Under the pieces are notes generated by a model. The model was not told the origin of the DNA. It did no database searches and saw only the letters and a list, made by a program, of their open reading frames with translations. A DNA stretch of 63,995 bases, filler included, from Stramenopiles sp. TOSAG23-2 (taxonomy: Eukaryota), in NCBI GenBank assembly GCA_900128395.1. It is 7 parts of 7 records of this genome, joined end to end, with 100 filler letters (N's around TTAATTAATTAA, not from the genome) between each part and the next. Parts side by side here need not be neighbours in the genome. Positions count along the whole stretch, not along the records: positions 1 to 27,742 come from LT649411.1; 6 more parts are not named here. One strand, written 5' to 3'. Positions 1 through 9,761 of the stretch are shown here, one piece after another; position 1 is the first letter of the stretch; each line of letters opens with the position of its first letter. The translations under genes and the position numbers were made by a program.

Positions 1-845
1 TTTTATGTTGACATCGATATAAATACGAGTAAAATATTGCATAGTTATCCTATGGCTACCATATGACAAAATAAACAACGGGTTGACGATGCAAATAACT
101 AGATTGACGTAGCAATCTAGATTACACAACATCAACACCATATTCCTGCTAAAAAGACCATTATATACTGATATTTTTAGTGAAAAATAGCTATACAAAA
201 TTGGATGAAATTAATAATAAAATATGTATATTTTGGACTAATTCTTTTGGCAAGTACTGACAATATAAAATATAAATAATGTTTCCCAATTTCAGGCGCT
301 CAAAATAAAAAATATTAAAATTATATGTATATATTTGAAACGAAGACATACATATACATTGAATATAGATGATCGAAGTTCAGTTGCCCATCTCTGTCTT
401 GCCCAGTAACCGTATATAAGTCTATGGTAATGCTGTGTAGTCTTAATGGATAACACTTACTGTGTCTATACTATAATGCTATATAACTGCTATCAGAATC
501 GCCAAGCTACTTGATAGGACCGAAGGCCCTGACACCAGAGTTGCATGGAGAGCGAAGCTCTCCATGCTATTCCCATTGTGTCCAGTAAGCTGGACATAGT
601 AAGAGATATTTCCTGGACATAATAAGGAGTGAAAGATGAATGATAATATATCAGTATGTGCTATAAAATGATACAAGTATATACAATTAGTCTGCGTCGT
701 CAGACGACTCATGTGATTCTCGAAAGAATATTATAATTCATACACGCTTATATATATTTATATATATATCATCTTACTCCGGTTACCTGAGCATAGACAC
801 TTAGCACCGTGGACCGAACATACATTGTTATATATCACCACCACG

Positions 846-2843
846 ATGAAGATGAAAGTAATATTATTTATTATACTATTAATAACATTAAATATTATTA
901 CAACAACATCTACCAATGTGAATAATAATAATATTATTAAAAAAAAACCAACTTCCTCCTCGACCAAAAATAGTTTTCTAGGAAAAATTAAACATGTCAT
1001 TGTTTTAATGCTTGAAAATCGTTCGTTTGATCATTTTTTTGGATTCTCGAAACCTGATTTAAATGTAAATGGACTTACCGGTAAAGAATATAATTTGGAA
1101 AACGTTAAGGATAAAAATAGTAAAAAGGTATTTGTGTCAAAGGATGCGCCATATATTAATGAGTGTGATCCAGACCATAGCACACCAGCAACAAAAGAAA
1201 AAGTAAAAGATGGTATGAGTGGTTTTGTTTCTTATGAAAATAATAAAGGGCATAAAAATAAAAATTTTTGTGATGTTATGCGAACATTTACACCTGAAAA
1301 ATTACCAATTTTAACCACGCTAGCAAAAGAATATGCCATTATGGATGAATTTTTTTGTTCTCATCCAGGACCAACATGGCCAAACAGAATGTTTTGTTTA
1401 AGTGGTACCTCTGCGGGGTCAACCTTGACAGGAACATGGTATCATAATAAAGTTGGTTCATTGTTTCCACAAAGAACTATATTTGATCAAGTTTCAGAAG
1501 CAGGATTAAAATGGCGTAATTATTACAATGATACACCATGGGAATTGTTTATGGAATCCATTGCACATTCGCCATCGAATGTCAAAAATCTTGAAGCATT
1601 TTACGATGACGCAAAGAATGGTAATCTCCCAAATTATGCATGGATAAATCCAAGAAGTGGTGTTAATATGACAACTGGTTTAGGATCTCAAGATCAACAT
1701 CCAGATCATGATGTTGCATTGGGTGAACGATATATAAAGGAAATTTATGAAGCATTACGCGCTTCGCCACAATTTAATGAAACGTTATTTATTATTACAT
1801 ATGATGAACATGGAGGATTTTATGACCATGTTGAACCACCTACTAATATTTCAAGTCCAGGTGATGGTGAATCTTCTTATCCAGATACAGGTTATGATTT
1901 TACCAAATTAGGTGTACGTGTGCCAACAATATTGGTATCGCCATATATTAAAAAAGGAACTATTATTTCAGAACCACCAGCAAAACAAAAGCCATTTGAA
2001 AATAGTAAATATGATTTAACTTCCATCATGAGCACAGCAAGAAAATTATTAGAAATGCCATTGCAAAATTTAACTGGAAGAGATGGATGGTCAGCAACAT
2101 TTGAACATGTTTTTGAAGAATTGGATGTACCACGAAGTGATTGCCCTTTGCATTTACCAGCTCCACCTCCATTATCATTAAATCACATGGATGAAGGAAA
2201 TTTGCCATTAAATGATTTGCAAAAAGACATTGCGCATGTACATACACATGTTGCTGGTACTAGTACAATACTTACAGATGATAAATTAAATGGTTTGAAG
2301 CAACGTGATATTAGTAAATTATTACAAGAGGTATATAAACAACATGAAATACAAACGTTATCATGGCAAAAATCAAAAGAAACAGCAAGTTATAAATTGG
2401 TTTGTCAACCAGCATCAGATACGACTTTTGTTGAGAAAAGCTTTATTGTGAACTCTAATAGTTCATATAAATACAATACAATAAGTACAATGAGCTTGAA
2501 AAATGATAAGCAAATACCATATTGTCTTGATTCTGGTATTACAAAAGGTACTGATATTAGTATATCGTTATGCTATCCATCACAACATGTGAATGTAAAT
2601 AGAGATCCAGATCAACATTGGATTGTAAGAACTGATGCAACTATTGTATCAAAACAAAATGAATCCTTATGTGTGACGAACTTGGATCCAAATATTGAAG
2701 GTGGTGGAAATCAATTAATGCTTGATGTATGTGATGGTAGAGTAGAACAACATTATTCATACCATACAACACCTAGAGATGGAATTGTTCCTGGTGAATT
2801 TTATTATGGCGATGATACTAATATTATTGGTGTGGTTGTGTAA
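846..2843 (+). CDS. Secreted phosphoesterase (non-specific phospholipase C / PlcH family) with C-terminal ricin-B-like lectin domain
   Basis: Motifs VLMLENRSFDH, GPTWPNR, DQHPDHD, TYDEHGGFYDHV and GVRVP; hydrophobic signal peptide. First ATG is at 846 (the ORF track starts at TTG 825). C-terminal YCLD..C..QHW / LCV..C..QHY pattern. Confidence 0.9.
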   Translation: MKMKVILFIILLITLNIITTTSTNVNNNNIIKKKPTSSSTKNSFLGKIKHVIVLMLENRSFDHFFGFSKPDLNVNGLTGKEYNLENVKDKNSKKVFVSKDAPYINECDPDHSTPATKEKVKDGMSGFVSYENNKGHKNKNFCDVMRTFTPEKLPILTTLAKEYAIMDEFFCSHPGPTWPNRMFCLSGTSAGSTLTGTWYHNKVGSLFPQRTIFDQVSEAGLKWRNYYNDTPWELFMESIAHSPSNVKNLEAFYDDAKNGNLPNYAWINPRSGVNMTTGLGSQDQHPDHDVALGERYIKEIYEALRASPQFNETLFIITYDEHGGFYDHVEPPTNISSPGDGESSYPDTGYDFTKLGVRVPTILVSPYIKKGTIISEPPAKQKPFENSKYDLTSIMSTARKLLEMPLQNLTGRDGWSATFEHVFEELDVPRSDCPLHLPAPPPLSLNHMDEGNLPLNDLQKDIAHVHTHVAGTSTILTDDKLNGLKQRDISKLLQEVYKQHEIQTLSWQKSKETASYKLVCQPASDTTFVEKSFIVNSNSSYKYNTISTMSLKNDKQIPYCLDSGITKGTDISISLCYPSQHVNVNRDPDQHWIVRTDATIVSKQNESLCVTNLDPNIEGGGNQLMLDVCDGRVEQHYSYHTTPRDGIVPGEFYYGDDTNIIGVVV

Positions 2844-3156
2844 AATGATGTATTATATTACGTATTCGTAATGTTACCGAATTAAAAAGATTGATATTGA
2901 AGATGTAGAATGAGAGGAGTATATATCATTATATCATTAAATTATCAAATATATTATATAAAAAAATACGAACGTGTATTAAAAAAAAAAAAATACACAA
3001 ACACTTGTGTTCTTCTCCCCATTTTTTTTTTTGTTCACGTATTTTTATAAAAATATCATACACAAAAGTTCCCTTCTCTCTCTCCTGTACACATCATATA
3101 TGATGTACATATATCATACGTAATATTTTTTTTGTTCTTTATACACAATATTTCAT

Positions 3157-4386
3157 TTACAACCCCCATGTCCCACTTGCATGCATAGTGCATACGTTGT
3201 CTATTCTCCATGCGTATAATGTTCTAACACAATATAACCAAATCAATGCTGCGATAAATACACATACATGCCAAATTTGATGAGATGACAATATATAATC
3301 AAATTTACCACTGGAAGTTAAGCATTCAGGGAATTTAGTCATTAATATCGTCAATCCACCTAAATAAAAAGCACCCATAATTAATACCCATACGAAGGAC
3401 ATTAAATACATTGGATTGTATCCCATCATATGATTTACAACTTGATGCGTAAATGGTACAACACCATAACATCCTTGTGCAGCAAAAGAAAAGTTGCGAA
3501 AACGATACCATTTTGATTTGTTCCCATGAAAAACTTTATTTTCCCAATCATACAATGCAAATGATACAGTGAATAATGTCAAAATACTTAATCCAAATAA
3601 ATAAATTTTACGTGTATTGTTGTTACAAAACCCATATTCTAATACTGGGAAAAATGAACCTGCTATTAATAATGAAATACCTATAGTTACATGAAAAAGA
3701 AACTTGTTAGTAAATATGAAAACATATTAATTTTTTTTTTACAAAAAAAAAAAGGGGGGGGTGGGGGGGGGAGAGGAAAAAGTGGACAGAGAGTATAAAA
3801 TAATATCAATAAACTTACCTGCATAATCTAACGAAGAAACAAATTTATTCATTTGATAATTATAATTCAACAATAAATGAAAAATTGTTGATAACGCCAT
3901 ACACATAGTAGCAGAAATAATGTAAATCGTAATCGGCCATGTAGCTAATACATTTTCGTAGTCGCTATTATTGATAATCCCATTACTATTACTACTAATA
4001 TAACTTGCAGGGACAGGACCAAAAACTATTAATGCATATAAGAAATACAAAGACCCTATCAAGTGTGTCCATACATTTACTGTTTCGTTATGTAATACAA
4101 ACATAGATAAAAATGTTTCTTTCATTGATAGACCGACGCGATATCCACGCAATATGTACTCCTGGCGTTGCCATTTCGGAGCTTGAGACATCGTTCCAGA
4201 CCATTCTTTTGTAAACTCTTGAAACGACTGTGAGACATCTTTTTTAAACTCTTCAATTTTTTCAGTTATATCTTCATATTTTTCTGTAATGGTTTCTGAT
4301 AAATCAAATGATTGAGACACATCACGACATCTTGACCTTGTTCTATTTGCAATTGGTTGAAATGAATTTTTATCGATTCCTTTCAT
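3157..4386 (-). CDS. PAQR / adiponectin-receptor (hemolysin III) family membrane protein; 2 exons (4386-3819, 3680-3157)
   Basis: ETVNVWTH, STIFH and SHQIWH motifs. Splicing out intron 3818-3681 (GTAAGT..TACTAAC..TAG) restores LDYAGISLLIAGSFFP. Confidence 0.92.
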
Positions 4387-4873
4387 CTTCGTAGAATTTG
4401 TTGTTTATATATATATATATATATATATATAATTTAACTACATATATCTTCTCTGTTTTAACAACTCCTCCTTTCTGATGTATCTATCTGTATTTATATT
4501 TTACATGTAGCATCTATATATTGATGATGTAACACATTACCAGGTACACACTATTGATGAAGAGTTTTTCTCTTTTCAGCTTCTTCAGCACAGTCCTACG
4601 AGAGGATAATACAACGATATCCATTGATCAAAATAGCATTGAAATAGCATATTACAATATTTACGCCGGCGATTACAAAAGCAAGCCTTAGGGCAAGGCA
4701 TGCGGGCATAACCTTAATTAAAACACCAATTTGATGCTATGCAGTACCACCTGGTGGTAGTGTAAAAAATGCATCCCCAAGGTGTAATTGCGGCCAACAA
4801 TTTTTTCTAAATCTACTATATTGAACCCAAACTTGTCCCCAAATGCCATAATTTGAAGTCTAAGTCTGATCAT

Positions 4874-5249
4874 TCAAAGATCGAAGACAAATATATTTTC
4901 TTCTTTACGAACCAAAATTTTTTGATGAAACATTTGTTTATCGCCAATAGATAAATTTTTGTATATTTTTGCATCTCTCTTATTACGAATTAGTACATTG
5001 CATGATTCAATGTAGTAATAATAATCGACGATTGTATTTCCAACCTTTTTTACCGATTTTGCTCTTTGTGGTCTTCCACATGTTAATTGAAGATAATCTT
5101 CACCAATGTGCACATCTGGTTCTACTATGAGAAATGGCGGATTGTATGCCTCCGGGATTGTGAAACATCGATTTAAATGATGTTTTGAAAATTGCGACCG
5201 GCATGGTACAATTCTTGCAGTAGCTTGTGCATTCCATCTATGCCTGCAC
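4874..5249 (-). CDS. Probable terminal exon of a cryptic multi-exon hypothetical gene (possible MBD-like fold)
   Basis: About 125 open codons follow a pyrimidine-rich TTTTGTATAG acceptor and end ...IVDYYYYIESCNVLIRNKRDAKIY...; upstream exons unresolved. Confidence 0.35.
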
Positions 5250-6240
5250 TATACAAAAGAATGTTACTATATACAATACATGTATATGATTTGCTCATTA
5301 CTTTAATATTACAACTACTATTAGTACCTAGCTCCACATGAGTTTCAATTATTTTTTCATGTTTCTTTTGCAACGAGGTGGTCTTTGTTATATATATCTA
5401 ATTTTTTCACTAAGCATAAGCGCATCTGTAAGTATTGATATCCCATCTTTAAATTACAATAAGGTACCTGAATGATCGATGTAATTGATGCCAATACCAT
5501 GAAAATTTGTGTGACATCGATGGGCATCAATTGATAAAAAAATCAGATAATGGCAATACCTATGGACAAAGTTACAACATTTTAAACACATATATATTTA
5601 TCACTGTATGCATTTATCACCAACACTTGATGTCCCATCTTTAAATCGCAATAACATACCTGAATGATCAATGTAATCGACGCTATTGAAAGTTTATATT
5701 ATATATTATACTATGATATATTCATTTTAATACAAAATGGAGATTATGTGGGCTTATCTTGTCCCAAATATATTCCAAGCACCAAAGCACCAAATGATAA
5801 TAGAAACAAATATGCTGATCACAATACTTCCGTATCAATTTCTGTAAATATATATATACTAATTCTGTACTTAACATGTGGTTACATCCAATTTACTGTA
5901 TACTTTGTTAAGGGAAAAGTAAAACAATAGGTGGGGACAAAAAGCACAAGAAAGGTGTAAATCGTAAATCTATCTGCATGCCTTAAACGGGCATGGGGGA
6001 TGATGGAACCACTCATCCCCCAACAAAAGAGCTGAGAAGAGCTTTTGGGATGAAGAGATAATAGCCAGGATAATAGATGTTTTTGCACTTTTCAGGATTC
6101 CGCGCTGCATTACACTCACTCAGATATCACCATAAACGAAAGAAAAACCACACCATGCAACCCATATATATACAGTAAAACCACTAAAACCTCATCAAAA
6201 CATACATTTAGAATTAAAAAAAAAATAATAATAATAAAAC

Positions 6241-7356
6241 ATGCCGAAACGTGGAAGACGAAGAAAGAAGAATCGTACACATAAAGTTGACATTGTTGAT
6301 CCAACAATTACAGGGAAAAAAATACCAAAAAGTATTGTAGTGAAACGTGGTAAGGTTGGTAATTATGTATCGCAACTTGTACAAAATATGAGACGTGTAA
6401 TGCAACCACATACTGCTATGAAATTGAAAGAGCGCAAACGTGCTGCATTAAAGGATTATATTAGTGTAGCTGGACCATTAGGTATCACACATATGTTGAT
6501 GTTTTCAAAGACAGAGCAATCTGTTAATTTACGTGTTGGCCGTGCACCACGTGGTCCAACATTATCATTTCAAGTACAAAAATATTCCTTATCAACTGCT
6601 GTAAGACAAGCTCAACGTAGACCATGTGATCCTAGCAATGCATTTAAATTTCCACCATTAGTCGTGATTAACAATTTTGACGATACAAAGCAACATTTAA
6701 AATTGATTACTGTTACGTTTCAAAAAATGTTTCCAGCTATTAATGTACAAACTATACGCTTAAATGAATGTAGACGTGTTGTTCTTTTACAATATGATAA
6801 AGAGACTGATACTATTGATTTCCGACATTATTTTGTACGTGCTACACCAACTGGTGTAACAAGAAGTGTTAAAAATATTGTTCAAACTAAATTACCAAAT
6901 TTAGCACATGCACAAGATGTGAGTGAGATTATATTAGGAAATAGTACATTTGCTACTGTTGGTGGTGATCAACAACAATCTGATAGTGAATATGAAGATG
7001 GATCAAATCAAGTAACATTGCCACAAAATTTTGCTGGAAAAGGTAATCGTAAATCTGGTCAAAGTGCAATAAAATTATCAGAAATTGGTCCACGTATGAC
7101 ATTAAAATTAACCAAAGTAGAAAGTGGTTTAGGTGATGGTGATGTATTATACCATGCCTTCCAAAGTAAGTCAAAGATAGATGCAAGAGCATTGAAAGCA
7201 AAGAAACAAAAAGAAAAGATGGATAAATTAAAACGTAAACGTGAACAAGAAGCAAATGTCGATGCAAAGAAACAAAAAATGTTAAAAAAGAAAGAACGTA
7301 AAAATGAAAGAAGAAAGCAACGACAAGAGGAAATTAATGAAGAAATGGGATTGTAA
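6241..7356 (+). CDS. PPAN: Peter Pan / Ssf1 Brix-domain ribosome biogenesis protein
   Basis: MQPHTA, LKDY..VAGPLGITH, PRGPTLSF and AIKLSEIGPRMTL motifs; basic C-terminal tail. Confidence 0.95.
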   Translation: MPKRGRRRKKNRTHKVDIVDPTITGKKIPKSIVVKRGKVGNYVSQLVQNMRRVMQPHTAMKLKERKRAALKDYISVAGPLGITHMLMFSKTEQSVNLRVGRAPRGPTLSFQVQKYSLSTAVRQAQRRPCDPSNAFKFPPLVVINNFDDTKQHLKLITVTFQKMFPAINVQTIRLNECRRVVLLQYDKETDTIDFRHYFVRATPTGVTRSVKNIVQTKLPNLAHAQDVSEIILGNSTFATVGGDQQQSDSEYEDGSNQVTLPQNFAGKGNRKSGQSAIKLSEIGPRMTLKLTKVESGLGDGDVLYHAFQSKSKIDARALKAKKQKEKMDKLKRKREQEANVDAKKQKMLKKKERKNERRKQRQEEINEEMGL

Positions 7357-7581
7357 AATAAATATCATATACCAGCATATACGAAGCGTAAGGTCATATT
7401 TTATACGCGAGTATAATTTCTACGAATCGTAATAATATCATATGTGGTGACATTATTTTTTATTAAAAAACGTAAAATTAAAGCGCACACATATATATCA
7501 TTATATATATTTGAATATCTACGTCACACTCCTCATTTCCAATTTTCTTTCTTTCTATAACTTAAACATATCTCATTCGTT

Positions 7582-8238
7582 CTAATATTGCCAATTACCT
7601 GGTAAATTTTTTGCTTTGAAATATGAACGTAAATACATGATTTGCCATCCACCTAAAATTGATACGATAATAATTGTTGCACTACTGAACCATTTTATAC
7701 GTGAATTTGTTGATTCATTTGTATCTCTCATTTCCTCTTCACGTTGACGCATGTACAATTGTTCTTCATGAATTTCTTTAGCTGCATCTTCTAAACGTCT
7801 TAATTCAACTTGTAATGGTTCCAAATGTTCTTTCTTTGCTACTTCTGAATAATCTTTTGCTGCTACACCTACATTAATTTCAAGTCCTACACGTACTGCG
7901 TCTCTACCTTTATTAGAGAAACATACGTGATGTGCCCCAGTTTCTTCTGCTGTAAAAGCAAATTTTCCAAACTGTGCCCTTTCTTTTTTAAAATGTGTTT
8001 TAGATGCACCAATGGACATTGGCGTAGGACCAGTGACTCGTAAACTAACGATGGCATCCGATACACCACCCTCTGGTGGTATTTTATATGTACCTACTGC
8101 TAATGCATCTTTTACAACTTCCTCTGAGAAACATTTCGTTGCACTTATTGGCAGTTTAAAAGTGAAAGATTCAACTATTGTTGCATTAATGATAAAAACT
8201 ATTGCGATAATAAAGATGGTTGTATTATGTCTTTTCAT
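7582..8238 (-). CDS. TMED10: p24 delta / TMP21 (Erv25) GOLD-domain cargo receptor
   Basis: Signal peptide, KCFSEE, GKFAFT, VELRRLED and REEEMRDTNESTNSR motifs; C-terminal TM followed by YLRSYF. Confidence 0.93.
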   Translation of the reverse strand: MKRHNTTIFIIAIVFIINATIVESFTFKLPISATKCFSEEVVKDALAVGTYKIPPEGGVSDAIVSLRVTGPTPMSIGASKTHFKKERAQFGKFAFTAEETGAHHVCFSNKGRDAVRVGLEINVGVAAKDYSEVAKKEHLEPLQVELRRLEDAAKEIHEEQLYMRQREEEMRDTNESTNSRIKWFSSATIIIVSILGGWQIMYLRSYFKAKNLPGNWQY

Positions 8239-8504
8239 GTTTGCGTATATTTCTTTATATATATTAATTATTATCTCGTGTTAATTAAAAAATTATTCTG
8301 CACTTTATAATGTATACGTTCTTTATCGTTCATTTGTGTGTTTTTTAAGAACTTACGATTTCTACTACCATATATTAGATATATATAATAATATACAAAA
8401 TATTTAAAAAATAATTACACATCGATTCAATTTTATTTTTGTTTTTTGTGTTTTGAAGAAGAGACTTATATTGTAATATTAATGGTGTGGCAGTGTAATC
8501 GTGT

Positions 8505-8710
8505 AATCTGGCAATCCTGGCAATCCTGGCAATCTGGCAATCTGGCAATCAAAAAATGATTGATAATTGTGGCTCGTACCAGCAGGAAATCAAGAAATAG
8601 CACATAGTAGTAAAAGCTGGCTGGGCTGGCTGGGCTGGTTATAGGATCTGTCAGGAAATCAGGAAATAGCACAATAGTAGTATAATAAAAGCTGGATTTA
8701 TAGGATCTGT
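8505..8710. repeat. GC-rich stutter repeats ((C)TGGCAATC x5; GCTGG(G) x4) plus a degenerate ~60-70 bp tandem duplication in a divergent intergenic region
   Basis: Read directly at 8505-8550 and 8616-8638; CAGGAAATC..AATAGCAC..ATAGGATCTGT occurs twice (8583-8710). Confidence 0.85.
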
Positions 8711-8985
8711 GGGATTTCAGATTTTACACCTTCTATGATATTGCTAGTATAGACAAATATTGCCATGCTACGAGCCTCGTATCGTATCAAACATTTCATA
8801 TATAGGATACAAAACAAAAATTCTAGCACCTCCTCTTCTACAAATAATAATAATTTTCAAAAAAAAAAAGATATTTATGAGAATGTAGGAAACAGAAGGT
8901 GAAGAAAAAAAGAATTTTGCAGTTCATTATTTTCTATGTGTACGTACGTATTATTGTTATTATTATTACAGATAATAGTATAAAA

Positions 8986-9588
8986 ATGGCAGCGACAACA
9001 ACAGCAGCAAATATGATGCGGCGGTATTTGTTGCCAAAAGCAATCTTTTATTATGGACCAATGGCAGCGGGAAAAACATCGAGATTAATTCGTAAAGTAC
9101 AAGATATTCAAAATGTTATACCGGATATTGATGTCATGGCATATCGTCCTGAAGTCGATACACGCGCTCCTGATGGACAAATATTATCTCGTGATGGAAA
9201 TTTTATAGAGAATGTAAAACAATGTAGCGATTTTAAATTGATTGAACCTGTTGAAAATAGCATATTAGTTTTAGATGAAGCACATTTTTGTAAATTTGAT
9301 GAAATATCGGAACTATTTAATAAAGTCATTGAAACAAATAATTGTTCTTTTGTTTTAGCAGGTTTAGACCGCGATTTTCGTGGAGAACCATTTGGGCCAA
9401 TATTAGACATGATAGAACAAGCCAAGGAAAATATGATTGAGCATGAAGTTTATGCATTAAATGCAAATTGTTATATTTGTGGTGAACCAGCAGCATATTC
9501 AAAACGACTTGTATCAAATGATGATATTGTATTAGTTGGTGGTGATGATATATATCAACCAGTATGTAAAAAACATTTTTATTTGTAA
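8986..9588 (+). CDS. TK1: Thymidine kinase (TK1 / type II family)
   Basis: P-loop GPMAAGKTS, Walker B LDEAHF, AGLDRDFRGEPF, Zn ligands CYIC and VCKKH, lasso VLVGGDDIY; first ATG at 8986. Confidence 0.95.
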   Translation: MAATTTAANMMRRYLLPKAIFYYGPMAAGKTSRLIRKVQDIQNVIPDIDVMAYRPEVDTRAPDGQILSRDGNFIENVKQCSDFKLIEPVENSILVLDEAHFCKFDEISELFNKVIETNNCSFVLAGLDRDFRGEPFGPILDMIEQAKENMIEHEVYALNANCYICGEPAAYSKRLVSNDDIVLVGGDDIYQPVCKKHFYL

Positions 9589-9761
9589 AAAATATATAAC
9601 CATTTTGGCAAAAGGGAAAAAATGAAGTGTAGGGGAAGAGAGAGAGGTCTCGACTCTTCTGTCATTGCACAAATTTCATATACGTATGTGTATATATATA
9701 CATGAATATATTTATATATATATATACATGAATATATTTATATATATATAAAACAATTCAA

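Noticed and set aside
690-712. CTGACGA on the minus strand, resembling a hammerhead core
   Set aside because: No stem II followed by GAAA and no stem III.
5978-5988. ATGCCTTAAAC, matching the 5' end of U12 snRNA
   Set aside because: No downstream GTAAGGA branch-pairing sequence or properly placed Sm site.
8986-9588. Thymidine kinase as a sign of an integrated virus
   Set aside because: Flanked by host genes with the same composition; no viral hallmark genes or insertion boundaries.
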